A DNA stretch of 64,000 bases. It comes from an uncultured Saprospiraceae bacterium. GTDB taxonomy: Bacteria; Bacteroidota; Bacteroidia; Chitinophagales; Saprospiraceae. Below, one piece after another: positions 10,557-19,467 of this stretch; position 1 is the first letter of the stretch, and each line of letters opens with the position of its first letter. The notes below the pieces were generated by a model. It did not search any database. It was not told where the DNA came from and saw only the letters and a list, made by a program, of their open reading frames with translations. A program made the translations under genes and the position numbers. The DNA lies in assembly GCA_964632995.1 (NCBI GenBank), contig CAZWDL010000002.1:69730-133729 (forward strand). The letters are read 5' to 3'.

Positions 10557-11256
10557 CCGGGAAGGGTTCCCTTTGACTTTTTCTAGATAAATACGGGGCC
10601 GATTCAACAAGGGCATAAATTTCCGGTTTTTTGGCCTGAAAGATATCGAAAGCAGCTTTAAACTCGGCCTCCGTCCGGCAAAACCCCTGGAAAACCCGGT
10701 CCCGGACGGTTTTTACATTCAAACTTTTCGGTGGAACCGCGTAACTTGCATTAACCAGTCCCGAATAGTCAAAATCATAGGGAACGGCCTACAGTATAGG
10801 AAGCCCCTCTTCCTTCCTGCTCAACAGCTTGGTATTGTGCAAGCTGGGAATCGACCAGTCGTGATTGCCGATCATAAACTGAAAAATGCAGAAGATATTG
10901 ACGTAGTTGTAGGCTGTGGCGTCCTGATGTACATTCTTCTTTTTTATCGCTTTAGCACCCAGCTGCTGCTCCAGACGGCCGACCTCCTCAATCAGAAAAG
11001 CATAGGCTTCATATTCCTTGTTCTTCCGGCCGGTATCCACGTAAGTCATTCTGATCAGACGAGTGTCGAAGCTCTTCGGGGTAAACATCTGATACAGTTG
11101 GTAGGCCAGGTATTCCTTAAGTATGTATTGTTCATACTGATTACTTTGCTGTTCTTCCACAGGCACTGGTTCTCCGGTTCGGCTGTAGAAAAAGCCATCC
11201 TGGGTTAAGCCTCTCAGCACCCCCAGAAGTAAAAGGATAGTGAAAACCGTTCTCAT
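10465..11256 (-). pseudogene. shorter paralogue of 11290..12372, interrupted by an in-frame TAG at 10789-10791
   Basis: ORFs 10789..11256 and 10465..10722 share one frame (11256-10722 = 534 = 178 x 3). Both align to consecutive parts of the neighbouring 360-aa protein. Reading through gives ...HNTKLLSRKEEGLPIL*AVPYDFDYSGLV..., and the stop aligns with a Tyr in the paralogue. Confidence 0.55.
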
Positions 11257-11289
11257 AATATTTGGAATTTAAGGTTGGGAATCCAGAGG

Positions 11290-12372
11290 TCATTCCCGGC
11301 AATTGCGGATAAAATAAGACTCTACCTGTCCCGGACTTTCAATGATTCTAAAAAAGGAGTGAAGTAAATCGGTAATTTCCGTCCGGGCGTTTTGCGTAAG
11401 CGGATCAAAGCCTTCCACTCTGCTGAATAGCTCCTCGCGATGCGTGCGGAAACGATCCAGCACCCCCTCAAAGGTTGCCCGGGGCAGGCAGTAGCCCTGG
11501 TAAATGCGGTTGACCGGGGGTTCAGGCATATCCGGATCCGGTTCCCGGGAACCGTAAAAGGCGCCTACCATCCCCGCGAAGTCAAAGTCGTAAGGTACGG
11601 GATACAACACCCCATCGCGCTGCACCAGTTTTAGGTTGTGCAAACCCGTCACCGACCAGTCGAGATTGGCAATCATAAACTGGAAAACGGACACCAGGCT
11701 GAGTTGCTCCTGATCCACTTCTCTGGGTTTCACTTTTTCCACATCGACTTCCTTTCCCCCATTGCGGCGCGCCAGGTGGTCCGCTTCTTCGATTAAAAAA
11801 CCGTAATGCGAACGGCCGTTTTCCCCCTCCGGCCCGGCATAGGTCACTCGCAACAGGCGCACCCGGAAACTGAGGGGGCTGAGCAGGTTGTACAAACGGT
11901 AAGTCAAAAATTCGCGGAAGAGGTATTGTTCGTAGCCGGCGCCTTCGCGACAATGGGTGACCAACTTCAGTTCATCGAGTACTTTCAGGGGGCTGAGCTC
12001 GGTCTCCGGATTGGAAAAGTCCAGCTTGATCGGCGGAAAATTGCAGGCCTCCCGTCGAGAGCTGCCTCGCGCCTTCAGCCGGATACGCATGCGGGTAAAA
12101 CGCTGATCGCCGTTGTGGAAAATAACAATGCCGGGCAGATAATCCGGATCGTCCTTTTGGGCAATCAACTGCTCAAAATCAGTACGCAGTTCCAGGTGTA
12201 GCAGGCTATCCTCATTAAACAAATCGCTTACCCATGCGAAGTCCTGTGCCCCCTGTGGCAACAATTGTCCGGTGCGCGCATCGTACTGCCCCTCTTGGGC
12301 GACAAGTCCGGGAAAATACAAGTGACAAAACAAAAGGGTAAGACAGAAAGATGGAAACCTGGGAAACATCAT
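11290..12372 (-). CDS. hypothetical secreted protein (intact paralogue), with a kinase-like HNxK...DFD motif pattern
   Basis: 360 aa with a signal peptide. Conserved block FQFMIANLDWSVTGLHNLKLVQRDGVLYPVPYDFDFAG is shared with the adjacent interrupted copy. Confidence 0.7.
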   Translation of the reverse strand: MMFPRFPSFCLTLLFCHLYFPGLVAQEGQYDARTGQLLPQGAQDFAWVSDLFNEDSLLHLELRTDFEQLIAQKDDPDYLPGIVIFHNGDQRFTRMRIRLKARGSSRREACNFPPIKLDFSNPETELSPLKVLDELKLVTHCREGAGYEQYLFREFLTYRLYNLLSPLSFRVRLLRVTYAGPEGENGRSHYGFLIEEADHLARRNGGKEVDVEKVKPREVDQEQLSLVSVFQFMIANLDWSVTGLHNLKLVQRDGVLYPVPYDFDFAGMVGAFYGSREPDPDMPEPPVNRIYQGYCLPRATFEGVLDRFRTHREELFSRVEGFDPLTQNARTEITDLLHSFFRIIESPGQVESYFIRNCRE

Positions 12373-12454
12373 GGGAACGGTACTCGATTAATAATTAAGA
12401 TTTGTATAAATTGGGTTTGTATTCCTCCGGAAACTCATAAAAATCATCGTACCC

Positions 12455-13165
12455 ATGCCTGGTCTGTGGAAATCTCTTGCCCTCTTTTTCTTTCTAATTC
12501 CCTACGGTGGAATCACCCAGGATACGGATACTACCCTTTTCGACCCAAGAGATGAAGTGGAACGATTCTATTTCAGCTCCGGTACGGAATTCATATTTTC
12601 CTTCGCCAGCGTCGATTATCTCGGCACCACGGACGGAACGCCGATGCGCTTTGCTCCCGTCTTCAACTTCCAGTCTTATTTCAATTACGATCCCAATGAC
12701 TACTTTGGAATACTCGCCGGCTTTTCTATCCGAAATGTAGGGTTTATCTTCAACTTTCCGGATTCCGAGATCAAGAAAAAATACCGGAATTACAATATCG
12801 GAATTCCCGTGGGTCTTAAATTAGGGCGGATGAACGGCGCTTTTCTCTACGGCGGCTACGAACTGGAAATCCCGGTCCATTACAAGGAAAAAACTTTCAT
12901 CGGCGGCGACAAAGAAGGCAAGTTCTCAGTCTGGTTCTCGGACAGAGTCCCCGGTATTTACCACTCTATTTTCTTTGGCGTTCAACTTCCCTACGCTGCC
13001 AGCCTGAAGTTCAGATACTATTTGAGCGATTTCTTTAACCCTAATTTCCGAAGGATCGAGAACGGCCAAACGGTATTTCCCTACCGGGACCTGAACGCCA
13101 GGGTCTTCTACTTCTCCGTGAGTTTCAACCTGTTCAAGGACGCCAACCTGTATATCAACGAATGA
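12455..13165 (+). CDS. hypothetical secreted / outer-membrane beta-rich protein
   Basis: 236 aa. Signal peptide, Phe/Tyr/Gly-rich alternating strands. Confidence 0.55.
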   Translation: MPGLWKSLALFFFLIPYGGITQDTDTTLFDPRDEVERFYFSSGTEFIFSFASVDYLGTTDGTPMRFAPVFNFQSYFNYDPNDYFGILAGFSIRNVGFIFNFPDSEIKKKYRNYNIGIPVGLKLGRMNGAFLYGGYELEIPVHYKEKTFIGGDKEGKFSVWFSDRVPGIYHSIFFGVQLPYAASLKFRYYLSDFFNPNFRRIENGQTVFPYRDLNARVFYFSVSFNLFKDANLYINE

Positions 13166-13772
13166 CGCCATCCTCCTTCATCTGCTTGAGGATGAGCTTT
13201 GTCAGATCATCGATCACTTTTTCAGTGTTTCCTTCATCATAGGACTGGGAGAGGGCCCGCCAGATCAGCTTTCCTTCTTCCGTCTCGAATACATTCGTTT
13301 CCAGCTGTACCATCTTGCCGTAGTTAAAAGTACCCGGCTCCGGCACTTTCACGATCATCCGGCGATAGTAGCTGAAAAAATCGTTGTAATACGGGTTCAG
13401 CTGCTGATGCTTATCGCCTTTTTTGAACTTAGCCGCTTCCTTGGCATCCACCACCCGGGTGACCAAAACAGCGTCGATTCCGCTGTCCTTAAAATATTGC
13501 TCGAAAGTAGCCGTGCTAATTTCTTCCTCGGTGGAGATCGCCTCCAGTGAAGCCATCGCTTCGATTCCGGATTGCCTGTTCAGGCGGTCGCGCATCGCTA
13601 CTTCAAAAGTTTTACGGACCAGGCGGTTGGGCGAGGTACCCACAACCAGGAATTTGTCGATACCCTGCGCCGGATAATCCGTATCCGACCAGGTGTCGAC
13701 CAGCGTTGTTGTTTGTTTAGTACAGGACCAGCTCAGCAGTAAGAGTAGACTCCAGAATAAAAATCTGTTCAT
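13155..13772 (-). CDS. hypothetical lipoprotein
   Basis: Signal peptide with lipobox LSWSC. ATG at 13772 preferred over GTG at 13778. The 3-prime end overlaps the convergent gene by 11 nt. Confidence 0.6.
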   Translation of the reverse strand: MNRFLFWSLLLLLSWSCTKQTTTLVDTWSDTDYPAQGIDKFLVVGTSPNRLVRKTFEVAMRDRLNRQSGIEAMASLEAISTEEEISTATFEQYFKDSGIDAVLVTRVVDAKEAAKFKKGDKHQQLNPYYNDFFSYYRRMIVKVPEPGTFNYGKMVQLETNVFETEEGKLIWRALSQSYDEGNTEKVIDDLTKLILKQMKEDGVIR

Positions 13773-13969
13773 TTTCACTAGTTTTTTGATGAGGCCAAAT
13801 TACAAAAGAAGCATCCTAAATTCGCGTCTCCCCTTGCTAAAAACAATCTTTTCCTATTATTCACCGTTTTTTATATAACACTTACCCGGTTATGCTGCCA
13901 AAAATACTGCCTATTGAATAGGGGAATCTTGCTGTGCAGAACATCCTGTAAATAGAAAATCAAAACACA

Positions 13970-14536
13970 ATGGTTATGAAAACTATCGGCCTCCGGATAG
14001 CCTGTCTGTCCCTGTTCTTGTTTTGCGCCGTGAGCAGCTCTGCCCAATCGGACAACGGCCGTACCGGTATTCGTGCCGGCTTCCAAACCGCCCAGTTACA
14101 AAGCGATATCGGCGCCCTGTTCGAAAGCAACCAAAACCGCTACTTCGTAGGCCTGTACAAGGAATATGGGTTTTTCCCTCTGCTAAAATTCAACGCCGGT
14201 GTGGAATATTACGAAACCGGTTCCCGTGAAAACGGACTCGATCTCAAGCTCGGCTACCTGTCTATCCCGCTGGCCGTAAAACTCGATATCGGCCTGTTCA
14301 ACTTCTACGGCGGTGTCAGCGGAGCTTTCCGGCTCTATGCCAACGAGCGCCACGACGGTCAGGAGCTTGACATCCCCGGCAATAAATATGGCCGTACCGA
14401 TTACTCCACTTTCGTAGGGGGCGGTATCACGCTCCTCTTTGTTGGGATCGACATCCGGCATCACCGGGGAAAAACTGATGTCTATAATGGTTTCCAGAAC
14501 AAGTTCTGGCAACTCGGCGCAACGATTAAATTTTAG
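13970..14536 (+). CDS. small outer-membrane beta-barrel protein (porin-family-like)
   Basis: 188 aa. Signal peptide (SSSAQ), alternating strands, C-terminal ...ATIKF with a terminal Phe typical of an OMP beta-signal. Confidence 0.65.
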   Translation: MVMKTIGLRIACLSLFLFCAVSSSAQSDNGRTGIRAGFQTAQLQSDIGALFESNQNRYFVGLYKEYGFFPLLKFNAGVEYYETGSRENGLDLKLGYLSIPLAVKLDIGLFNFYGGVSGAFRLYANERHDGQELDIPGNKYGRTDYSTFVGGGITLLFVGIDIRHHRGKTDVYNGFQNKFWQLGATIKF

Positions 14537-14674
14537 CACTAAATGCCCGGCCGCAGCCGGTCGACCCTGCAAACGCCGAATGCCGGTTCTACCACCTGCT
14601 TCTCCTTATCCGGTTTTTATTCGGCTCCAAGCCATTGTTTTTGTTATATTTGGTGCGTTGGACATCCCCCATCT

Positions 14675-16135
14675 ATGGAATCACAACCGTTCAAACGCGC
14701 TTTTTGGACACTGGCCCTCGCCGGGCTCCTGCTTGTGCTCTACCCTTTCCTGTATCGTCAAAGCCCTTTCCTGCAGGAACATTTCCGTACTTACCAAATC
14801 TCACCTGCCGCCTTGCGGGCTGCTCCCGCGGATACCCTAAGTGTGCAAGACAGCACCCTTGCACTCAGCGCTCCCGAGCCGCCGCCCAAATACGACGGAC
14901 GCGCTACGCTCGCCGCTTTTTACGAGGTGTTGCACAAGCAACGCGAACAGATACGCATCGGCCACTACGGCGATTCGTCTATCGAAGGCGACCTCATCAC
15001 CGGCTCCTTTCGCGACAGCCTGCAACGTCGCTTTGGCGGGCAAGGCATTGGCCTCGCTCCTGTGGTCAATCCCATCTCCGGCTTCCGGCGCACCTTACGG
15101 CATTCTTTTTCCGACAATTGGAACCATTGCTATATCGGTAAAGAAAACCGGCAGGAACTCCCACGGGGTATTAACGGCGAATACTTTACTTCCTGGGCAG
15201 AACCGGATACCACCCTGCAACCGGATACCCCGCCGGAAGCCGACACCCTGCGAGCCAAGGGGATGGAAGTGGAAAACGATCCCGCACACTGGACTTTTTA
15301 CCGGCGCGCCGCCCTCTTTCCCGGAAGCAGCATTTTTCCTTCCGCCCGGCTGTTCTACGCCGCCCCGCAACCCGATTCTACCGGCTACCTCGATGTGGCC
15401 GGCCGGCTCTTTATCCGGGCAGGCAGGGAAAATATTGCTTTTGAGCTCGATGGCTCCGCCGCTGTAAATGAACAAATATTGAGTGCCGATCCCCTAAGGC
15501 GGCTACACCTGAACTTCGAGATCCCTCCCCGGCAACCGATTTATGGCCTCAGTTTCGAAAGCGCCTCGGGGATCATCGTCGATAATTTTCCCTCTCGGGG
15601 CAACTCCGGCGCCGGTCTGCTGCAAATTAGTCAAAGCACCCTGCGACAATTCCAAAACTACCTGGATTACGACCTGATTCTGATGCAATTCGGGCTCAAT
15701 GCCCTCAATGAGAAAATGATAGATTACCGTTGGTACGAAAGGGAGATGGGGCATGTCGTCCGGCACTTCCGCAAAGCCATGCCAGGTATGGCTATCATGC
15801 TGATCGGCCCTTCCGACCGCGCCATCAAAATCGGAGGGAGCATGCAGACCGACCCCAGCCTGCCCCGCATCACCGCCGCCCTGCGCCGCGTAGCCGAAGC
15901 AAACGGTACGGCCTTTTTCAGTTTTTACGAAGCAATGGGCGGACAAGGCAGTATGATCGAATGGGTGGAAGAGCGGCAACCCCGCCTGGCCAATACCGAT
16001 TACACCCACTTCAACTTCGCCGGGGCCCGGAAAGCAGCGCTGCTGTTACTTGATTTCCTGCTCGAAGGGTACGAAAATCATCAAAGTGAAAAGACGACAC
16101 CGGAAGAAAGTAATAGAACAACGAAGGATGATTAG
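14675..16135 (+). CDS. membrane-anchored SGNH/GDSL-type hydrolase or acyltransferase
   Basis: ATG at 14675 (MESQPFKRAFWTLALAGLLLVL) gives an N-terminal anchor. SGNH blocks are present: GHYGDSSIEGD (block I), MQFGLNALNE (block III-like) and DYTHF (block V, DxxH). Confidence 0.7.
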   Translation: MESQPFKRAFWTLALAGLLLVLYPFLYRQSPFLQEHFRTYQISPAALRAAPADTLSVQDSTLALSAPEPPPKYDGRATLAAFYEVLHKQREQIRIGHYGDSSIEGDLITGSFRDSLQRRFGGQGIGLAPVVNPISGFRRTLRHSFSDNWNHCYIGKENRQELPRGINGEYFTSWAEPDTTLQPDTPPEADTLRAKGMEVENDPAHWTFYRRAALFPGSSIFPSARLFYAAPQPDSTGYLDVAGRLFIRAGRENIAFELDGSAAVNEQILSADPLRRLHLNFEIPPRQPIYGLSFESASGIIVDNFPSRGNSGAGLLQISQSTLRQFQNYLDYDLILMQFGLNALNEKMIDYRWYEREMGHVVRHFRKAMPGMAIMLIGPSDRAIKIGGSMQTDPSLPRITAALRRVAEANGTAFFSFYEAMGGQGSMIEWVEERQPRLANTDYTHFNFAGARKAALLLLDFLLEGYENHQSEKTTPEESNRTTKDD

Positions 16136-17678
16136 GGTAACCGAAACATATAAACCGGGCAACCTGGAGTTGGGGAGAGCCCCGAACCTAGGGAAGGGAA
16201 AGTATGATATTCAAGAATCCCTTGTGGAATGCATTTACAGCTTCTTTCGCACCAGAGGCCCAATCCTTCTCTTCCTTACCGGGATTGCTTATTCGTATCC
16301 GGCGATGGGGCAAAAAGCCGTTTCACCGGATATACCTTCGATAGATACAGCCGTTTACGACTTTCTGGATTACGCCAAAAATCACATCGGACAGGCTGCC
16401 GCGCTGGCTCCGTTTTTTCAAAAACTGACCCTGCTGGAAGCCGGAAAAACCCACCGTATCAGCATCGTTCACATTGGAGATTCTCATATACAAGCCGATC
16501 TCTGGAGCGGCCGCCTCCGCAGTCTCCTCCAGGAGCGGTTCGGCAATGCCGGACGAGGGCTCGTGTTTCCCTACACACTCGCGCGCAGCAATTGCCCCCT
16601 GGACTTGGACTTTACCAGCAATACTCCCTGGGTAGCCCGCAAGAGCGTCTTCCGGCGGGAAGGCCCTCCCCTGGGCATCAGCGGTATCAGCATCCAATCC
16701 GAAGGGCGGGCTCCGACCGTTGAAATCAAGCTCCAGGACCGCTACCACTACGGACAGGATTATCGCTTCGACAGGGTGACGGTATTCCATACCGCAGATG
16801 AAACCTTACAGCCCTGGCTGCCGAGGGCCCGGGCGCCATCCGCCTATGTCACTGCCGGCAACGGACGCCATCAGGTGGAATCGGGGGATACGCTCTATGA
16901 CCTGGCGCGCCGCTACGGCTGCTCCGTCGCGGATCTGCAGCGCTGGAACGGATTGACAGACAGCCGGATTGACATTGGCCGGCGGCTCATCGTCAGCTCT
17001 TCCGCAGTGCCTCCTCCCGCCCCGGTCGAACTGCCACCCGGTGTTGAAAAAGAACCGCTTTCCGCTCAGTGCACCCGTTATCGACTCCCCGAACCTGTTA
17101 GTAGGTTGACGCTCGCAAGGCCGGGAGAAAAAACAGCGGGGGCCACCCTCTTCGGACTTATCCTGGAAAAAAGCAATCAACCGGGCATTCTCTATCACAG
17201 TATCGGCGTCAATGGCGTCACCTATTATCACTTTAACCGGGCCGAGTATTTCAGCGCACAGTTGCCCGTTCTACGCCCCGATTTAATAATCGTATCTCTG
17301 GGTACCAATGAAGCGCTGGCTACTTCTACCGAGGAAAGCAAATTCCGGGGAGAGGTGCAAAAACTGCTGGCTACGCTTCGGAAGGTAAGCCCTGAAGCCG
17401 CCCTGCTGCTGACCACCAATCCCGACGTATTGCGCCGCAAGCGCTACGACAACCCCGCCAACCTGATGGTGCGCAAAGTCATCCTGGAAGTGGCCGCTGA
17501 GGCTCAGCTGGGATACTGGGACCTGCACAGTCTTATGGGTGGACGGGGCGCCGTAAAAAACTGGCGTGAAGCCAGACTGGCGCACACCGATTTTATTCAC
17601 TTCACTAAGGAAGGCTACTGGCTACAGGCCCGGTTGCTGTACCAGGCGCTAATGAAGGCTTACGATGGGAATTATTGA
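16128..17678 (+). CDS. SGNH/GDSL-type hydrolase or acyltransferase with an inserted LysM domain
   Basis: The ATG at 16128 overlaps the upstream gene end by 8 nt. Block I is VHIGDSHIQAD, block III is VSLGTNEA, block V is HTDFIHF. A LysM-like segment GDTLYDLARRYGCSVADLQRWNGLTDSRIDIGRRLIV lies at about 16872-16995, between blocks I and III. Confidence 0.7.
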   Translation: MIRVTETYKPGNLELGRAPNLGKGKYDIQESLVECIYSFFRTRGPILLFLTGIAYSYPAMGQKAVSPDIPSIDTAVYDFLDYAKNHIGQAAALAPFFQKLTLLEAGKTHRISIVHIGDSHIQADLWSGRLRSLLQERFGNAGRGLVFPYTLARSNCPLDLDFTSNTPWVARKSVFRREGPPLGISGISIQSEGRAPTVEIKLQDRYHYGQDYRFDRVTVFHTADETLQPWLPRARAPSAYVTAGNGRHQVESGDTLYDLARRYGCSVADLQRWNGLTDSRIDIGRRLIVSSSAVPPPAPVELPPGVEKEPLSAQCTRYRLPEPVSRLTLARPGEKTAGATLFGLILEKSNQPGILYHSIGVNGVTYYHFNRAEYFSAQLPVLRPDLIIVSLGTNEALATSTEESKFRGEVQKLLATLRKVSPEAALLLTTNPDVLRRKRYDNPANLMVRKVILEVAAEAQLGYWDLHSLMGGRGAVKNWREARLAHTDFIHFTKEGYWLQARLLYQALMKAYDGNY

Positions 17679-19401
17679 CTGGCAGGACATAGCATCCTTT
17701 TTTCTCTACGATCCCAGCCGGCCGCTGTTGTTCAACAGTACTGCTTTCCTCGTATTGTTCGCAGCCTTTTTCGGGGTTTATATCCTGCTGCTACGCCGCT
17801 TTGACCTGCGACTGCTTTACACCCTGGCTTTTTCACTTTATTTCTACTACCTGTCCAGCGGTTTTTTCTTTGTTCTGCTCCTCTTTTCCACCCTCGTTGA
17901 TTTCACGCTGGGACACTTTATCCACCGCAGCGCCACGCGGATAGAGCGGCGTTTTTTCTTGTGGCTCAGCCTGGCCGTCAATATCGGGCTGCTTGGATAT
18001 TTCAAATACACCAACTTCTTTATTGAAACCGCTAACAGCCTGGCCGGCGCCGGCTGGGACCCAGCCAATATTTTCCTGCCCGTCGGCATCAGTTTTTTCA
18101 CTTTCCAGACGATGAGCTACAGCATTGATATTTACCGCGGCAAACTGGCTCCGGTTACGGAGCGAATCGTCGATGTGCCCAGTTTTTTCCGAAGTCTGTT
18201 AGACTTTGCCTTTTTCGTCAGCTTTTTCCCTCAGCTGGTCGCCGGCCCTATCGTCCGGGCGGCCGAGTTTATCCCGCAGATCCGGCAACGGCCGCAAGTC
18301 AGTGAAAGGGATATCAGCCGGGCCTGGCTGCTCATCCTCGGTGGTTTGTTCAAAAAGGCGGTCATCAGCGATTTTATCAGCATCAACTTCGTCGACCGCG
18401 TATTCGAAAGCCCGGCCCTTTATTCGGGGTTTGAGAACCTGATGGCCGTTTATGGCTATGCCATACAGATCTATTGTGACTTTTCGGGTTACTCCGATAT
18501 GGCGATCGGGCTGGCGCTGCTACTCGGTTTTCGCCTTCCGGAAAACTTCCGCCGCCCCTATCGGGCCGAAAGCGTTCAGGACTTCTGGCGGCGCTGGCAC
18601 ATCAGCCTGTCTACCTGGCTGCGCGACTATCTCTACATTTCGCTCGGCGGCAACCGGCGCGGTCGTTTCCGCACCTATCTAAACCTCATGATCACCATGT
18701 TGCTGGGCGGCCTCTGGCACGGCGCCAGCTGGGTGTTTATCGCCTGGGGCGGTCTGCACGGCATCGCGCTGGCCATCGACCGCTATTTGCGGGAGCAGGG
18801 GCGGCTGTTCGTGAACCCGGCGATCCGGGCGGCTTTCATTCTGCTTTGGGTGCACTTTATGGGCGCGATAGCCATTCACCTTTCTTACTGGACACACCTG
18901 CTGTCGGCCGACAACTACGTCCTCCTGTTCGAACACAATGCGCTGCTCGCCGCCGGGTGGGCTACGCTGGCGGGGCTGGCCTGGTTGCTGGACAAACTCC
19001 TGAGCCGTCTCTCCGGCAGGCAAACCATCGTCCTCAGTCGTGGAATAGCGATCTTCCTGGTTTTCCAATTCATCTGCCTCTGCTGGGTCTTTTTCCGCAG
19101 CGGCGCGCTCTACAATCCAATGCCGCCGCTGCAAACCACCGGCGAAGTCCTGACCCAAATGCTCACTGCCTTCCGGCCGGAGCTCATCCCACAAGTGCTG
19201 GAAGGGTACCGCCAGGTATTCGCGCTGATACTGCTAGGCTATCTGCTTCACTACTTCCCCCGGCCATGGTCAAAAGCCTTCGAAAACTTTTATCATGAGC
19301 TGCCCTGGCCCGCGAAGTCCTTCTCCATAGCTCTCGTGATCTGGATCGTCATTCAAACCGCCAGTTCGGAGGTGGCGCCGTTCATCTATTTCCAGTTTTA
19401 A
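17665..19401 (+). CDS. MBOAT-family membrane O-acyltransferase (AlgI/PatA/DltB-like)
   Basis: 578 aa and polytopic. Signature FWRRWHISLSTWLRDYLYISLGGNR with the invariant His. The start overlaps the upstream gene by 14 nt. Confidence 0.9.
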   Translation: MGIIDWQDIASFFLYDPSRPLLFNSTAFLVLFAAFFGVYILLLRRFDLRLLYTLAFSLYFYYLSSGFFFVLLLFSTLVDFTLGHFIHRSATRIERRFFLWLSLAVNIGLLGYFKYTNFFIETANSLAGAGWDPANIFLPVGISFFTFQTMSYSIDIYRGKLAPVTERIVDVPSFFRSLLDFAFFVSFFPQLVAGPIVRAAEFIPQIRQRPQVSERDISRAWLLILGGLFKKAVISDFISINFVDRVFESPALYSGFENLMAVYGYAIQIYCDFSGYSDMAIGLALLLGFRLPENFRRPYRAESVQDFWRRWHISLSTWLRDYLYISLGGNRRGRFRTYLNLMITMLLGGLWHGASWVFIAWGGLHGIALAIDRYLREQGRLFVNPAIRAAFILLWVHFMGAIAIHLSYWTHLLSADNYVLLFEHNALLAAGWATLAGLAWLLDKLLSRLSGRQTIVLSRGIAIFLVFQFICLCWVFFRSGALYNPMPPLQTTGEVLTQMLTAFRPELIPQVLEGYRQVFALILLGYLLHYFPRPWSKAFENFYHELPWPAKSFSIALVIWIVIQTASSEVAPFIYFQF

Positions 19402-19424
19402 GGCTATTTATTCGCGCCTTTCCT

Positions 19425-19432
19425 TAAATTTG
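19425..19432 (+). promoter_or_regulatory. Bacteroidetes-type -7 box TAAATTTG
   Basis: Exact TAnnTTTG match 36 nt upstream of the ATG at 19468. Confidence 0.35.
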
Positions 19433-19467
19433 AACACTTGAAATTTCCCAAGAACAATAGCCGCATA

